Shown here: positions 36,623 to 50,289 of the stretch, in pieces | Numbering within the stretch: the stretch's first letter is position 1 | Layout: each line of letters starts with the position of its first letter | Assembly (NCBI GenBank): GCA_038087875.1 | Contig: CM075991.1 | Location: 1,674,001-1,738,000 of the forward strand | Direction: 5' to 3' | Length of the DNA: 64,000 nt | Origin: Malacoraja senta | Lineage: Eukaryota | Program-made: the position numbers and the translations under genes | Notes under the pieces: model-generated | What the model was told of the DNA's origin: nothing | The model's input: only the letters and a program-made list of their open reading frames with translations | Databases searched by the model: none

Positions 36623-38759
36623 TCATTCCTCAATTCGCTACCATTTACCATGTACGTCCTATTTTGATTTGTCCTACCAAGATGTAGCACCTCACACTTA
36701 TCAGCATTAAACTCCATCTGCCATCTTTCAGCCCACTCTTCCAAATGGCCTAAATCTCTCTGTAGACTTTGAAAATCTACTTCATTATCCACAACACCAC
36801 CTATCTTAGTATCATCTGCATACTTACTAATCCAATTTACCACACCATCATCCAGATCATTGATGTACATGACAAACAACAGTAGACCCAACACAGACCC
36901 CTGAGGCACCCCACTAGTCACTGGCCTCCAACCTGACAAACAGCCATCCACCATTACTCTCTGGCATCTCCCATTCAGCCACTGTTGAATCCATCTTGCT
37001 ACTCCACCATTAATACCCAACAATTGAACCTTCTTAACCAACCTTCCATGTGGAACCTTGTCAAAGGCCTTACTGAAGTCCATATAGACAACATCAACTG
37101 GTTTACCCTCATCAATTTCCCGAGTAACCTCTTCAAAAAATTCAAGAAGATTAGTCAAACATGACCTTCCAGGCACAAATCCATGTTGACTGTTCCTAAT
37201 CAGCCCCTGTTTATCCCGATGCTTATATATATTATCTCTAAGTATCCTTTCCATTAATTTGCCCACCACTGACGTCAAACTAACAGGTCTATAATTGCTA
37301 GGTTTACTCAAAGAACCCTTTTTAAACAATGGAACAACATGCGCAGTACGCCAATCCTCCGGCACCATTTCCGTTTCTAATGACATTTGAAATATTTCTG
37401 TCATTGCCCCTGCTATTTCTACACTAACTTCCCTCAATGTCCTAGGCAATATCCTGTCAGGACCTGGAGACTTATCAACTTTTATATTTTTCAAAAGTGT
37501 CAGTACTTCCTCTTCTTGGAATCTCATAGTTTCCATAGCTACTCTACTTGTTTCCCTTACCTCACATAATTCAATATCCTTCTCCTTGGTGAATACCGAA
37601 GAAAAGAAATTGTTCAATATCTCCCCCATCTCTTTTGGCTCTGCAGATAGCTGCCCACTCTGACTCTCTAATGGACCAATTGTATCCCTCGTTATCCTTT
37701 TGCTATTAATATAGCTGTAGAAACCCTTTGGATTTACTTTCACCTTACTTGCCAAAGCAACCTCATATCTTCTTTTAGCTTTTCTAATTTCTTTCTTAAG
37801 ATTCTTTTTACATTATTTATACTCCTCAAGCACCTCATTTACTCCATGCTGCCTATAATTATTGTAGATCTCTCTCTTTTTACAAACCAAGTGTCCAATT
37901 TCCCTTGAAAACCATGGCTCTTTCCAATTATTAATATTTCCTTTCAACCGAATAGGGACATAAAGATTCTGTACTCACCTTTAAATGTCCTCCATTTCTC
38001 TTCTACATCCTTCCCATTAAATTTCACCTTTAAATGTCCTCCATTTCTCTTCTACATCCTTCCCATCAAAGAAAATGTCCCAATTCACTCCTTTTAAATC
38101 CTTTTGCATCTCCTTAAAGTTAGCCTTTCTCCAATCAAAGATCTCAACCCTTGGTCCAGTTCTGACCTTCTCCATAATTATATTGAAACTAATGGTATTG
38201 TGATCACTGGACCCGAAGTGCTCCCCAACACTTACCTCCGCCACCTGACCTGCACACATTTTACAAACTCCAAACCATCCAGCCCTTTTACAGAATGTGT
38301 TTCCCAGTCTATGTGTGGAAAATTGAAATCTCCCACAATCATTACCTTGTGCTTACTACTAATATTTGCTATCTCATTACATATTTGCTCTTCCAATTCT
38401 CGCTCCCCATTAGGCGGTCAATAATAAACCCCTATAAGTGTTGCTACACCTTTCCCATTTCTCAGTTCCACCCAAATAGCCTCCCTAGACGAGCCCTCTA
38501 ATCTATCCTGCCAAAGCACTGCTGTAATATCTTCCCGGACAAGCAATGCAACACCTCCACCTCTTGCCCCTCCAATTCTATCACACCTGAACCAATGAAA
38601 TCCTGGAATATTTTCCAATCACAGCCATCCTGCAACCATGTTTCACTGATCGCCACAACATCATACTTCCAGGTGTCAATCCAGGCTCTCTCATCCACCT
38701 TTCTTACAATGCTCCTAGCATTAAAATATACACATTTAAGAAACCCACCACCTCTTATT

Positions 38760-39663
38760 GCCTGTCAGCCATCAAATCTTGGATGCAACTCAACTTCCTT
38801 AAACTAAACAGTAACAAAACAGAATTTCTCCTCATTGGCTCCAAATCAACACTTACCAAAATTAACAACCCCACTCTCACTATTGACGGCACCACTGTCT
38901 CCCCATTTCCTCAGGCCCGCAACCTTGGCGTGATCTTTGACTCAACCCTCTCCCTTGAGCCTCACATCCGCCATGTTGTCAAAACATCATTTTTTCACCT
39001 CCGCAACATTGCCAAAATCAGATCCTCTCTCACATCCCCCGCTGCTGAAAGACTCATCCATGCCTTCATCTCCTCCCGACTGGACTACTGTAACTCTCTT
39101 CTCTTTGGCATTAATTCCAGCAACATCAACCGACTCCAACTGGTCCAGAATGCAGCCGCCCGACTCATTACCCACACCAAATCCTGGCACCACATCACCC
39201 CAGTTCTCAAAGAACTTCACTGGCTTCCCATTTCCCACCGGATCATCTACAAAATCCTGGTCCTCACCTAAAAAGCCCTCAACCACTTGGCCCCCCCTTA
39301 TCTCACTGACCTCCTCTCCCCCTACCAACCCTCACGGTCCCTCTGATCCACATCAGCCGGTCTCCTCTCCATTCCGAAATCCAACCTCTGCACTTTTGGA
39401 GACAGAGCCTTCTCCAGGGCAGCTCCCAGGCTCTGGAACTCCCTCCCACAATTGATCCAAAATTCTGAGTCCCTCACCATCCTCCAGTCCCGCCTCAAGA
39501 CCCATCTCTTCACCTCTGCATACCCTTAGTCCCATGTCCCCCTCCCCTTTGCATCTCTGCCTTACTGCTCTATTTTGTTTTGTTTTTGACTCTCCATGTA
39601 AAGCGACTTTGAGTCCTTGAAAAGCGCTATACAAATAAAATGTATTATTATTATTATTATTAT
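38760..39663 (+). mobile_element. L2 LINE 3' fragment
   Basis: LKLNSNKTEFL, SRLDYCNSLL and HITPVLKELHWLP motifs; (TAT)n tail. Confidence 0.93.
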
Positions 39664-40999
39664 TCTCTGTTTATTATCTTTTTCTTCTTTCTCCCTTTTG
39701 GGTCTGAGTGCTTCCCTTCTCTGCCTCCTGCCTCACACAGTCTACTAGCTTTCTCTATTTGAGTCCCTCCTCGCAACCATTCTAGTTTAAAGTCTCCCCA
39801 GTAGCCTTTGCAAATCTCCCCGCCAGGATATTGGTCCCCCTTGGGTTCAAGTGCAACCCGTCCTTTTTGTACAGGTCACACCTTCCCCAAAAGATGTCCC
39901 AATGATCCAGAAACTTGAATCCCTGCCCGCTGCACCAGTCCCTCAGCCAAACATTTATCCTCCACCTCACTCCATTCCTACTCTCACTGTCCTGAGATTG
40001 TTACTTTTTTGGTCCTTCTCCTTAACTCTCCTAACTCCCTAAATTCTCCTTTCAGGACCTCTTCTCTTTTCCACCTATATCATTGGTACCTATATGTACC
40101 ACAACCTTAGGCTCCTCTCCCTCCCATTTCAGGATATCTTGAACACGTTCAGACACATCCCAGACCCTGGCACCAGGGAGGCAAACTACCATCCGGGTCT
40201 CCTGACTGCGTCCACAGAATCGCCTATCTGACCCCCTAACTATAGAGTCCCCTATTTGTGTTACCAGCACATTAAGACACTTTGTCTGGGTAATGAATAG
40301 TCAATGTTGTTGTCAGACCAAACAGGCTAGAACTGATGAATTAGAAAAGAAAATTGACCAACAAAAATGAAAATGGAATATTCTGGACAATCTATGCAGG
40401 ATAGGCAGATTATTTATATCAGATTATGTGGAAAGAGACACAGATTATGTGGAAGGAGACACAGTTAACTTTCCTGATGAGGGACAGGCATCAGTCACCA
40501 CTCAGAGAGAAATATGAAGCATTCCACGTTATACATCACACCATTTACCTGCCACTGAACCAGAAGTTGCAAATTAGACATTTTGATTATGTGCCTGGAA
40601 TAGAACTTGGATCCCAAATCTTCTGACAGAGATCACAGTGTGCTGTGGAAATATGTTTGTCAGCATACTAATATTTCACAGAAGATAAATGACAGATAAG
40701 CGCAGCAAACACCACTCTCCCAGGTGTTTCCTGCCAGCTCAACAGCAAAACATAGTTACATTCAATGTTTAAAATATCAGTGTCACCGTCTCATAAGACC
40801 TTTCCTAATTGTGTGTTGGGAACACAAGACACTGCTTATTGATATTGAACATGATCGTTTCTGCAAGAGGGTGTGTTATTAGAATACATATATTAAGATT
40901 CATAGCCAACTGCATCAAGTCCTCGTGAAAGCCAAACGTGGCCTTTGTTTTGTTAAATTAGGATTTACCACTTTTAGGATCCACAAAAATTTAATCTGC

Positions 41000-42445
41000 A
41001 AATCAAACCAGTAGTAAGTAAGGCAAATGCAATGGTAGGATTTATTTTGAAAGGACTAGAATATAAAAAACAGTGATGTAATGCTGTGGCTATACAAGGC
41101 ACAGGTCTGACTGCATTTGGAGTATTGTGAGCAGTTTGGGGCCCCGTATCAGAGGAAGGATGTGCTGGCTTTGGAAAAGGTACAGTAGAGGTTTAGAAAA
41201 ATGATCCCAGGAATGATTGAGTTAACATATGATGAGAGTTTGACAGCACTGGGCCTGTACTTGCTGGAGTTTAGAAGGATGAGGGAGGACCTCATTGAAA
41301 CTTACCGAATAATTAAAATGCCTGGCTAGAGTGGATGTGGAGAGTATATTTCCGCTAGTGGGATAGTTGAGGATCAGAGGCTATAGCCTCAGAATTAGAC
41401 AATAGACAATAGGTGCAGGTGTAGGCCATTCGGTCTTCGATCCAGCACCACCATTCACTGTGATCATTCACATTCAGTACCCCGTTCCCGCCTTCTCCCC
41501 ATATCCCCTGACTCCATTATCTTTAAGAGCTCTATCTAACTTTTTCTTGAAAGCATCTAGAGAATTGGCCTCCACAGCCTTCTGGGGCAGAGAATTCCAC
41601 AGATTCACATCTTTCTGGATAAAAACATTTTTCCTCATCACGGTTCTAAATGGCATACCCCTTATTCTTATACTGTGGCCCCTGGTATTGGACTCCCCCA
41701 ACAACGGGAATTTATTTCCTGCCTCTATCGTGTCCAATCCCTTAATAATCTTAAATGTTTCAATAAGATCCCCTCTCATTCTTCTAAATTCCAGAGTATA
41801 CAAGCCCAGCTGCTCCATTCTATCAGCATATGACCGTCCCGCCATCCCTGGAATTAACTTTGTGAATCTACGCTGCACTCCGTCAATAGCAAGAATCTCC
41901 TTCCTCGAATTTGTAGACCAAAACAGCACATAATACTCCAGGTATGATCTCACTTGGGCCCTGTACAACTGCAGAAGGATCTCTTTGCTCCTATACTCAG
42001 CTTCTATTGTTATGAAGCCCAACATGCCATTAGCTTTCTTCACTGCCTGCTGTACCTGCATGCTTGCTTTCAATGAACAAGGACCCCCAGATCTCTTTGT
42101 ACTTCCCCTTTTCCCAACTTGACATCATTCAAATAATAATCTGCCTTCCTGTTTTTGTCCCCAAAGTGGATAAAGGACTGACCTTGAGAAAGGAGATGAG
42201 GAATTTCTTTAGTAAGTGGATGGTGAATCTGTGGAATTAATTGCCATAGAAGGTTGTGGGGGACGTCGATGGATATTTTTAAGGCAGAAATGGACAGATT
42301 CTCGATTAGTACGGGTGTCAGGGTTTACGGGTAGGGGCAGGAGAATGGGCTTGACATGGAAAGATAGATCAGCCATGATTGAATGGCGGAGTAGACTTGA
42401 TGGGACGAATGGCTTAATTGTGCTCCTATAACTTATGAAGTTATG
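41000..42445. mobile_element. CR1 3' fragment (+) interrupted by another CR1 3' fragment (-, ~41397-42170)
   Basis: ORF 41474-42073 is the CR1 C-terminus; the flanks form a contiguous plus-strand CR1. Confidence 0.85.
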
Positions 42446-42669
42446 GGAATTCAGATCTATTGCCCTCAATGCAAGGGGTCAGATCCATGGAACTTCAAGA
42501 TAGAAGGAAACATCAAAATTCTATTAAATAATTGAAACATCGGCAAAAAATGGTAAGGATAAAAATACAGCAAACATAACTAATTGTACAGGAAATTCAT
42601 CCCTGTGTCAGACCTGACCTGAACCAGAAGTCCATAGGGCATTATTTTCAACAAATGCATTATCATTTA

Positions 42670-43827
42670 TATATAAATGACCGAAATGTAAATGTTGATG
42701 GGTTTGTGTATAAGTTGGTGGACGACACCAAAATTGGACAGTTCATACAGTGAGCAATTCTGTAAGAAGATGGAGTGGAATCCAGATCAGCTGCAGAAAT
42801 GGGTTGAGAAATGGCAAGTGGATTTTAACCTAAGCAAGTAGGAGATTGAATGCAATGAGAGATTGTACAGTTAATGGCAAGATCCTTTACAGCATTGACA
42901 TACAGAGGGATCTTGGAGTCCAAGTTGATAGTTCACAGAAGGTGGCAGCACGAGTAGATAAAGAAGGTGGTAAAGAAGGAGTATGGTATGCTTCCCTTCA
43001 CTGTTAGTAGCATTGAATACAAGAGTCAGGGAGTCATGGTACACCTGCGTAGGGCTTTGGTTTGGCCACATTTGGAGTATTGTGTGCAGGTATGGTTGCC
43101 CCATTGCAGGAAATATGTGGAGGTTTTGGAGATGATGAACAGGAGGTTTACCAGAATGCTGTCTAAATTAGTTTAGTTTAGTTTATTGCTGTCATTTATC
43201 CCGAGGAATAGTGAAAAACCTTTTGTTGTATGCTATCCAGTCAATGAAAAGACTATACATAATTACAGTCAAGCCATCCACAGTGTACAGATACAGGATA
43301 AAGGGGATAGCATTTATTGCAAGATAAAGACGGATAGAATCCATTAAATATATTTCTCTAAAGGTCTCCAATGGGATGAGAGGTCAGGGCCGCTCTAGCT
43401 GGTGTGAGGACCGCTAAATTGCCAGTTGTCAGGGTTTCGGCTGCAGGGAGAGGATGGATAGAGATGGATTGTCGGAGGTTGAGGGGAGACTTGAAAGAAG
43501 TATATAAAATTAGGAGAGGTTTTGATAGGGTAAAGTCAGAATGTTTGTCCAAGGGTGAAAATGTCCAACACTAGAGGGCAGGGCATTTTTTTTCTTTACA
43601 CAGAGAGTGGTGGTGTCTGGAACACATTGGAACATCAGGGGCAGTGGTGGAGGTGGATAAGATAGTGTTTAAGTGGCTTTTAGATTGTAATATGAAAGTG
43701 CAGGGAAAAGAGGAATGTGGATCATATACGGGCAGATGAGATCAGTTTAACGAGGCATCGTGTTTGGCACAAACAATGCGAGTTGAAGGGCTCGTTCATG
43801 TGCTGTGCTGTTCTATATTCTATGTTC
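42670..43827 (+). mobile_element. Degenerate CR1 with nested Rex1-type tail
   Basis: [10 protein letters not shown] motif; insert beginning (TTTAG)n at ~43168. Confidence 0.8.
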
Positions 43828-45039
43828 CTCAAATTTTCCAACATGCCTGTGTTAAATTGGATTTATATAGCTCTTTGTGACATTTAGAGCCCAGGAAAAA
43901 TTAAAGATCAGCAACTCATCTTTTAATTTAGGTCATTATATGATTTTGATTCCACATAGAATTCAAAACTTCAGGTTGTAAACTGTTTTTCAGAGAATAG
44001 CTGATAGCATTAATCCTACATGTTGCCTGATCTACCTTTCTATCCACATTCCTTAACTTTGATTCTCTCATCCCTTTTCCTTTACCTGTTCCTTTACCTC
44101 ACCACTTACCTCGAGCTTTTCACTTCGATCGTGCTTATTGGTGCAGACAGAAAGTGACTGGGCAAAAGCAATATTGTTCCAAGTCTACAAACATTGCCTG
44201 GCCTGCTGAGTGTTTCCAGCATTTCAATTCTATGGGAATTGAACTATTCCAGAAGTGTTCCATCAGTGCTAGGCTACGCATGTCTAATCACTCTGACCTT
44301 ACACATCTTGCTCTTCAGTGATAAGGCTGTGTTTCTATGGGTGCGAGCAGACTACTGGATCACAACAGTTAGCTATGTAAACAATACGTGACCCACTCCA
44401 CAACTTTCCCTCTCACAAATGATATAAAAATGCTGCATGTTTTGTGTCTGCAGAAAAGTCTCTTGTTTGACTATACTCCTGGTCTGACAAGTTATTGAGA
44501 ATAAAGAATTTAACTGTTATTCACATCTCATGTAAATGATTCCAACAGTACTTCATATTGTTCTCATTTATACTGAAATAATTTTCAAATAATGTTTACA
44601 ATCTCTCCTTTTCATTTATTTTAAAGCAATTATTTATTGACAGCCTGGTACATGTTATCCATTCCTAATTTCCTACGAGACTTGGATGGTCAGCCATCTT
44701 CCAGTGAAGTTATTCCCACACTGTTGGTGGATGGGAACTTCAGGACTTACACTCAAGGGAGAAAAATTAACTAATCAAGAATCTATCTATCCTTGCCTTA
44801 AAACTATCCATTGACTGCCTGCACAGCCTTTTGTGGCAAAGAATTCCACAGATTCACCATCTGACTTTTTCTCATCTGAAGAAATGTTTTTCATCTCCTT
44901 CCTAAAGGAACATCCTTTAATTCTGAGGCCATGACCTCTGGTCCTAGATCTCAGATTAGTGGAAACATCCTCTCCACATCCACTCTATCCAAGCCTTTCA
45001 CTGTTTGGTACGTTTATATGAGGTCCCCCCCTACTATCT

Positions 45040-45384
45040 TGATCGCACTGTGGCCTCGGGTCTGTCATGGTAGCTCAGTCTTCCTTGTACCTGCGACAGC
45101 AGAGCACAGCTAGGAGAGAGGCAGCCCACTTTATCTACCTTCCTCTCTCTCTTTCTTCCTCCCATCTTCCACTTTCTCTCCTGCTTCTTCTCTTCTCCTT
45201 CTCCCTGTCACTCACTCTGGCTTAAGTTCCTGGGTTTTATAACGAGTGGCTGACGTGGTTCAAGTAGATAATCAAGAGCAATAATGCTGGGAATTGGCCT
45301 CTCCTGGCCTATCAGCCAGTTAAAAGAATCAGAGCAACTCCCCAAAGGGAGAAGGTGCTGTCACAGACACCTCCCCCTCACTTT
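45040..45384 (-). repeat. Possible LTR with adjacent PPT
   Basis: Minus strand: AAAGTGAGGGGGAGG then TG at 45369; CCAAT (45297-45293); TATAAAA (45241-45235). No second copy seen; left boundary uncertain. Confidence 0.3.
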
Positions 45385-46893
45385 CAATGATCCCGGGACT
45401 TGAGATAGTTCTTCCTTTGTTAGTTTCTCACCATTTTCAGTTCACACTTTCAGCAACAATTATCTAGTTAGTTAAATAAATAAATATCTCTAATACCAAA
45501 AAACGTTACCTGGAGACCTCTGAAGATGCGCAGTTCTACAGTGGACGCATCGTGGCAATACGCTTGCTCAGCAGCAGAGACTGCAGCACCATTCAGTCTC
45601 AAGGTGATTTAAAACATCAAGAAACTCATAGGTATTACTTTGTACTTTATTTGTCTAAAGTACCGAGGTACGGTGAAGTTCATTTTTGTATACAGTACGG
45701 TGCAAGTATCATGAAACACACGCACTTAGATACATCTTTGCACTTAGATGTATCTCAGATACAGTACGTTAATAGCAGGAGTACGCTGAGACAGTATACA
45801 GAGTCGCCAGTTTTTGCACCCTTTTCAAGTCCCAGGTTGCAAGCTGCAGGCCACGTCCAGTCCATGTGCTCGGCATCTTGGAGCAGCGTCTGATCCAGCG
45901 AGGCCCAGGGTGCTGCATGGCCCTGGTGGCCCACTGCACTGTCGAGGCACTGCACTGCCTCCCACCACCAGTCTGCTTACAGGTCCTCCTTCCACTCTAG
46001 GCGGGGAGCTGGGTCTTCCTGGCGGGGTCTACAGGGGTCCTTGGCCCACGGTGGGCATGCCGGGCCAAGTCTGGATTTCAATATGCAGGTCGACTGGATA
46101 AACCAGGTTGCTGCTGGTCCCAAGAGAGTGAATTTGTAGAGTGCCTTGGAAATGAGTTTTTAGAGCAGCTTGTAGTTGAGCCTACCAGGGAAAAGGCAAT
46201 TCTGGATTTGGTATTGTGTAATGAACCGGATTTGATTAGGCAACTTAAGTTAATGGAACCACTAGGAGCTAGTGACAAAATTCAACCTTCAATTTGAGAG
46301 GGAGAAGATAAAATTGGATGTGTCGGTAATACTATTGAGCAATGGAGACTACAGAAGCATGAGGCAGGAGCTGGCTAAAGTTGATTGGAAAGGGACCCGA
46401 GCTGGAATGACGGTGGAATAGGGTTAACTATTGTGACCCAGCATTCAGTAACTTTCCACTGAGACACAGGCTTGTTTAAGTATGTGGGAAGATGAGGCAG
46501 TCTCGGTGTAGTCTTGAGTTCATAAGCTCTTTTTGTATTAAGCAAACTTTTGACTCTATGGGCCACCTGCACCAGGCCTGTTTAGCTATTCACTGGAGTA
46601 AAGTTCGATTCCCACAGAGTGAAGTGCTGCCCATGTTGAAAGACAAAATGGAAGAGCAGCTCAGTTCTTCCCACAATTCCCACAATCCCGCCTTTTGTCC
46701 CAACAGGACTTAGTATGGTTGTATGGTAACTCAAATTTCACTGTACTTTAATTGGTACATGTCAAGAGATTCAAGATTCAAGATCCAAGAGAGTTTATTG
46801 TCATGTGTCCCTGATAGGACAATGAAATTCTTGCTTTACATGTGACAATAAACTGACCCTGACCGTGAAACCTTGAAACCTTGAATAAAAATA

Positions 46894-47453
46894 TTAGTCT
46901 GTATTATCAGTATCACCATACAGGGAGATATTCATGAGTTGCATGATAGCGTGATCAAGATCATATTGAAGCATAATGTGTTGTGGTTCAGCACTGAGAC
47001 GGGAGTGCGGTTTTGATGAGCAGAGAGCTCGAATGAGGCAGAGTGATAGCTGGAACAGTACATATATGGTGACAACAGCGGCTAAAATAATAATAGCCTA
47101 TTTTAAAATGGTCTTAAAGAGCCCTCCAGCCCAGTTTCCTTGGTCAGGGAGCCATCCCCACCAGTCAAAATGTTTAATTTCTGAAATCCTGTGCAAGGTG
47201 TGGATATGATCTTGAATAATCCTTTCATCAGTTTCAATTTGTTTGTCTTGGTTAGAGAAGAAACAACAGAATTCGTTGAGGGTTGCACACCCTCCCCCCT
47301 GGGCCAATAGGAGAAAGTCCAGAGCCATCCGATTTTGAATAACCATCTTGGACAGAGACTGGACTTCGGAGTGAAGAGCCAAAATCGCATCTACCGTCCT
47401 GTTCTCTATTTGTTCCATGATTGCTTTCTCCAGCTCGTTTACTCCCAGGCCAG
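46894..47453 (-). pseudogene. env: Endogenous retrovirus env TM subunit (gamma-type)
   Basis: GVNELEKAI..., immunosuppressive domain QNRMALDFLLLAQGG, CX6CC (CATLNEFCC); after a premature TAG at 47100-47098 the frame continues with the anchor AIIILAAVVTIYVLF. Confidence 0.92.
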
Positions 47454-48949
47454 CAGGGCCGGATTTACGTATAAGCTGGACAAGCTTAAGCTATGGGCCT
47501 CGAGATCTCCACTCTCCGCTCGCCCCTCATCCGCCAGCACGGCAGGCCGCCTTGCACATGCGCATTGCTACGGTCAGCACGTCCTCCCCCTGCACATGCG
47601 CACAACCACGGCCCGCACACATCGGCCACCCTGCGCATGCGCACCGCCACGGCAACTGGGCGGCGCTGGGCACTTTCTCCCTCGCTTTGAATTGTGGGAA
47701 ATTTGGCCGCCATTGCTGTCCGGTCGCTGCCTCGCCGCAACCGCTGTAAACCAACGTAGAATCACTCCCTGACCCTGGATCAGGAGTAACTACCTGGAGT
47801 AACTTGCTTCTGGTTTCCTAGTCCTCCATAAATATTCTAAATGGAATTTAAACTGTAAGTGGTAGAGGGCTGAACAATAACAGCCTATTGCATTTTATCT
47901 GTTTATTTATTGTATATATATATGGTCTATGGTATATAAATACACTGAACTTTTATCTCCTGTTCTGTATTATGTTCACACATTCTGTTGTGCTGCAGCA
48001 AGCAAGAATTTCATTATCCTATCTGGGACACATGACAATAAAATTCACTTGACTCTTGACTTGGACTTAAGCAAAAAAGGGTTCTTGGGGAAAAAAGAGG
48101 TACCTTAAATTTAGTTGCGTCTGGTTGGGTAACTATGGTAGGGAGAAGATTATTCCATGCTTTAATTGTGCGGGGGAACTCCATGGAGCAGCCAGCAACT
48201 CAGGATAGCAGAAATTGGGTGACGTTTCGGGTAGGGACCGTTCTTGAGACTCCCTCTGGTTTTAGTGTCTTTAGTTTAATTTAAAGATACAGCGTGGAAA
48301 CAGGCCCTTCAGCCCACCGAGTCCACGCCGACCACCGATCACCCGTACATTAGATCTTTCACACACATTAGCGAAGTCAAGAGTCAAGAGTGTTTTATTC
48401 TTTTGCGTCCCAGTTAGAACAATGAAATCCTTACTTGCAGCAGCACAACAGAATATGTAAACATAGTACTCTGTAAACAATGTTATAAACGAGAAAACAA
48501 AACGGTGTATATTTATATATAAATATATAACTATACAAATATATATGTGTGTTTGTGTATAATATATATATACACACACACACAATTTCCTTCCTGGGAT
48601 TAATAAAGTTCTATCGTATAGTATTGTGTGTAGGAAGGAACTGCAAATGCTGGTTTAAACTGAAGATAGACACAAAAAGCTGGAGTAACTCAACAGGTCA
48701 GACAGAATCTCTGGACAAAAGGAAAATATTATGTTTTGGGTTGGGTCTGAAATAGGTTCCTGCACACCTTTGGAATGTGGAAGGAAACAAGAGCACCCGG
48801 AGAAAACCAATGCGATCAAAGGGAAAAGGAGCAAACTCCATACAGACAGCATCCATATTCAGGATCAATTCCGGGTCTCTGGCAATTTTAGGCAGCAACT
48901 TTATGGCCAATGTAGAGCCCCATAGTCTTGAACTTAATTAAAACGACAA

Positions 48950-49795
48950 GTGTGGCATTTCCTGCGGTTGCAAGGGAAAGTGCCAGGAGAGGGGGTGGTT
49001 TGGGTGGGAAGGGACGAATTGACCAGGGAGTTACGGAGGGAGCGGTCTCTGCGGAAAGGCAACAGGGGAGGAGATGGGAGGATGTGGCCAGTGGTGGGAT
49101 CCCATTGGTAGACAAAAAAGCTGGAGAAAATCAGTGGGTAAGGCAGCATCTGTGGAGAGAAGGAATAGACAACGTTTCGGGTCAAGACCCTTCTTCAGAT
49201 TGATGTCAGGGGGGGTGACAATACAATTTATTAATTACCTATACTGCACTGTAACTTCTATTCCTGGTTTTATTCTATTTTAAATATTTTGTTTGATTGC
49301 TTTTAATTTTGTAATTATTTTATCTGAATAATCTAATAATCATTTTATATCTAAATGTCATTTTATATGTGTTTCATTCAAATGCTTTAAATGTTTTATG
49401 TAAAGCACTTTGAATGACCTTGTGGTTGAAAGGTGCTATACAAATAAACTTGCCTTGCCTTGACATGAAAAAGAAAGAAAGAGGCGGAGACAGTAGGCTG
49501 TGGGAGAGCTGGGAATGGGAGGGGAAGGAGGGAGAAAGCAAGGACTACCTGAAATTAGAGAAGCCAATGTGCATACCGCTGGGGTGTAAACTACCCAAGC
49601 AAATATGAGGTGCTGCTCCTCCAATATGCCGTGGGCCTCACTCTGGCCATGGAGGAGGCCCAGGACAGAAAGGTCGATTCGGAATGGGAAGGGGAGTTAA
49701 AGTGTTGAGCCACCAGGAGATCAGGTTGGTTATTGCGAACTGAGTAGAGGTGTTGTGCGAAGCGATCGCCAAGCCTGCGCTTGGTCTCACCGAGG
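48950..49795 (-). mobile_element. Penelope fragments and pseudo-LTR piece
   Basis: PGTFPCNRRKCHTC; GETKRRLGDRFAQHL; hammerhead-like motif at ~49160-49203. Confidence 0.8.
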
Positions 49796-50289
49796 TTGAT
49801 CATACGCTGAATAATCCAACCACATTTTTGTTTGGAATTGGAAAGAAATAATAGAAATTGCATTCATTGCAATATGTAAAAAGAGTTGAGATACTGTATT
49901 ATAATTTTGCTGCATGTCATTGTGGTATATGTTTAGTTTGTGGCTTTATTTGAAGCAGAAATAATATGTGAATGAGCATAATTCTGACTGTTAACAACGC
50001 ACTTCGTCCTAGCACATTATCGCACGCGTCATGCAAGCCGTTTTAAATGACCACCTAAATTGTCATTTGGCAACTTAAAAAGCTGCCAAGGTTGCCCGGC
50101 TGACAACAGAGAAAAAAAATTAAGTGAGAGCCCTGCAAGGTGTATAATATTTTTGACACTGTCGTAGGCCTTTCTTACATATGCTGTCACAATGCACTGT
50201 AGTCTCTAAACAACCCTTCAGTAATTTTCCTTGCCCTCCATTTCAGAATAATAGTGTTTTAAGCCAATAACTCGACACTAGCCGAAGTC

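Larger units (their letters stand above)
33648..40256 (-). mobile_element. Near full-length CR1 LINE (SGNH esterase ORF1 + EN/RT ORF2) with two nested insertions
   Basis: ORF1 motifs IGDSIVRG, VHIGTNDIG and DGLHLN; EN AISETW; RT KYADDTK (36607-37755); C-terminus 34040-34342; AACCATAT tail. Confidence 0.92.

Noticed and set aside
37975..38065. Short tandem duplications (also ~40420-40464)
   Set aside because: Ordinary local duplications.
44109..45630. Possible minus-strand exons (donors near 44108 and 45509)
   Set aside because: Splice-like motifs are present but translations match nothing I recognise and acceptors are weak.
45936..46420. Direct repeat as the ERV's LTR
   Set aside because: Mostly CR1 coding sequence; no TG..CA ends, PBS or PPT.
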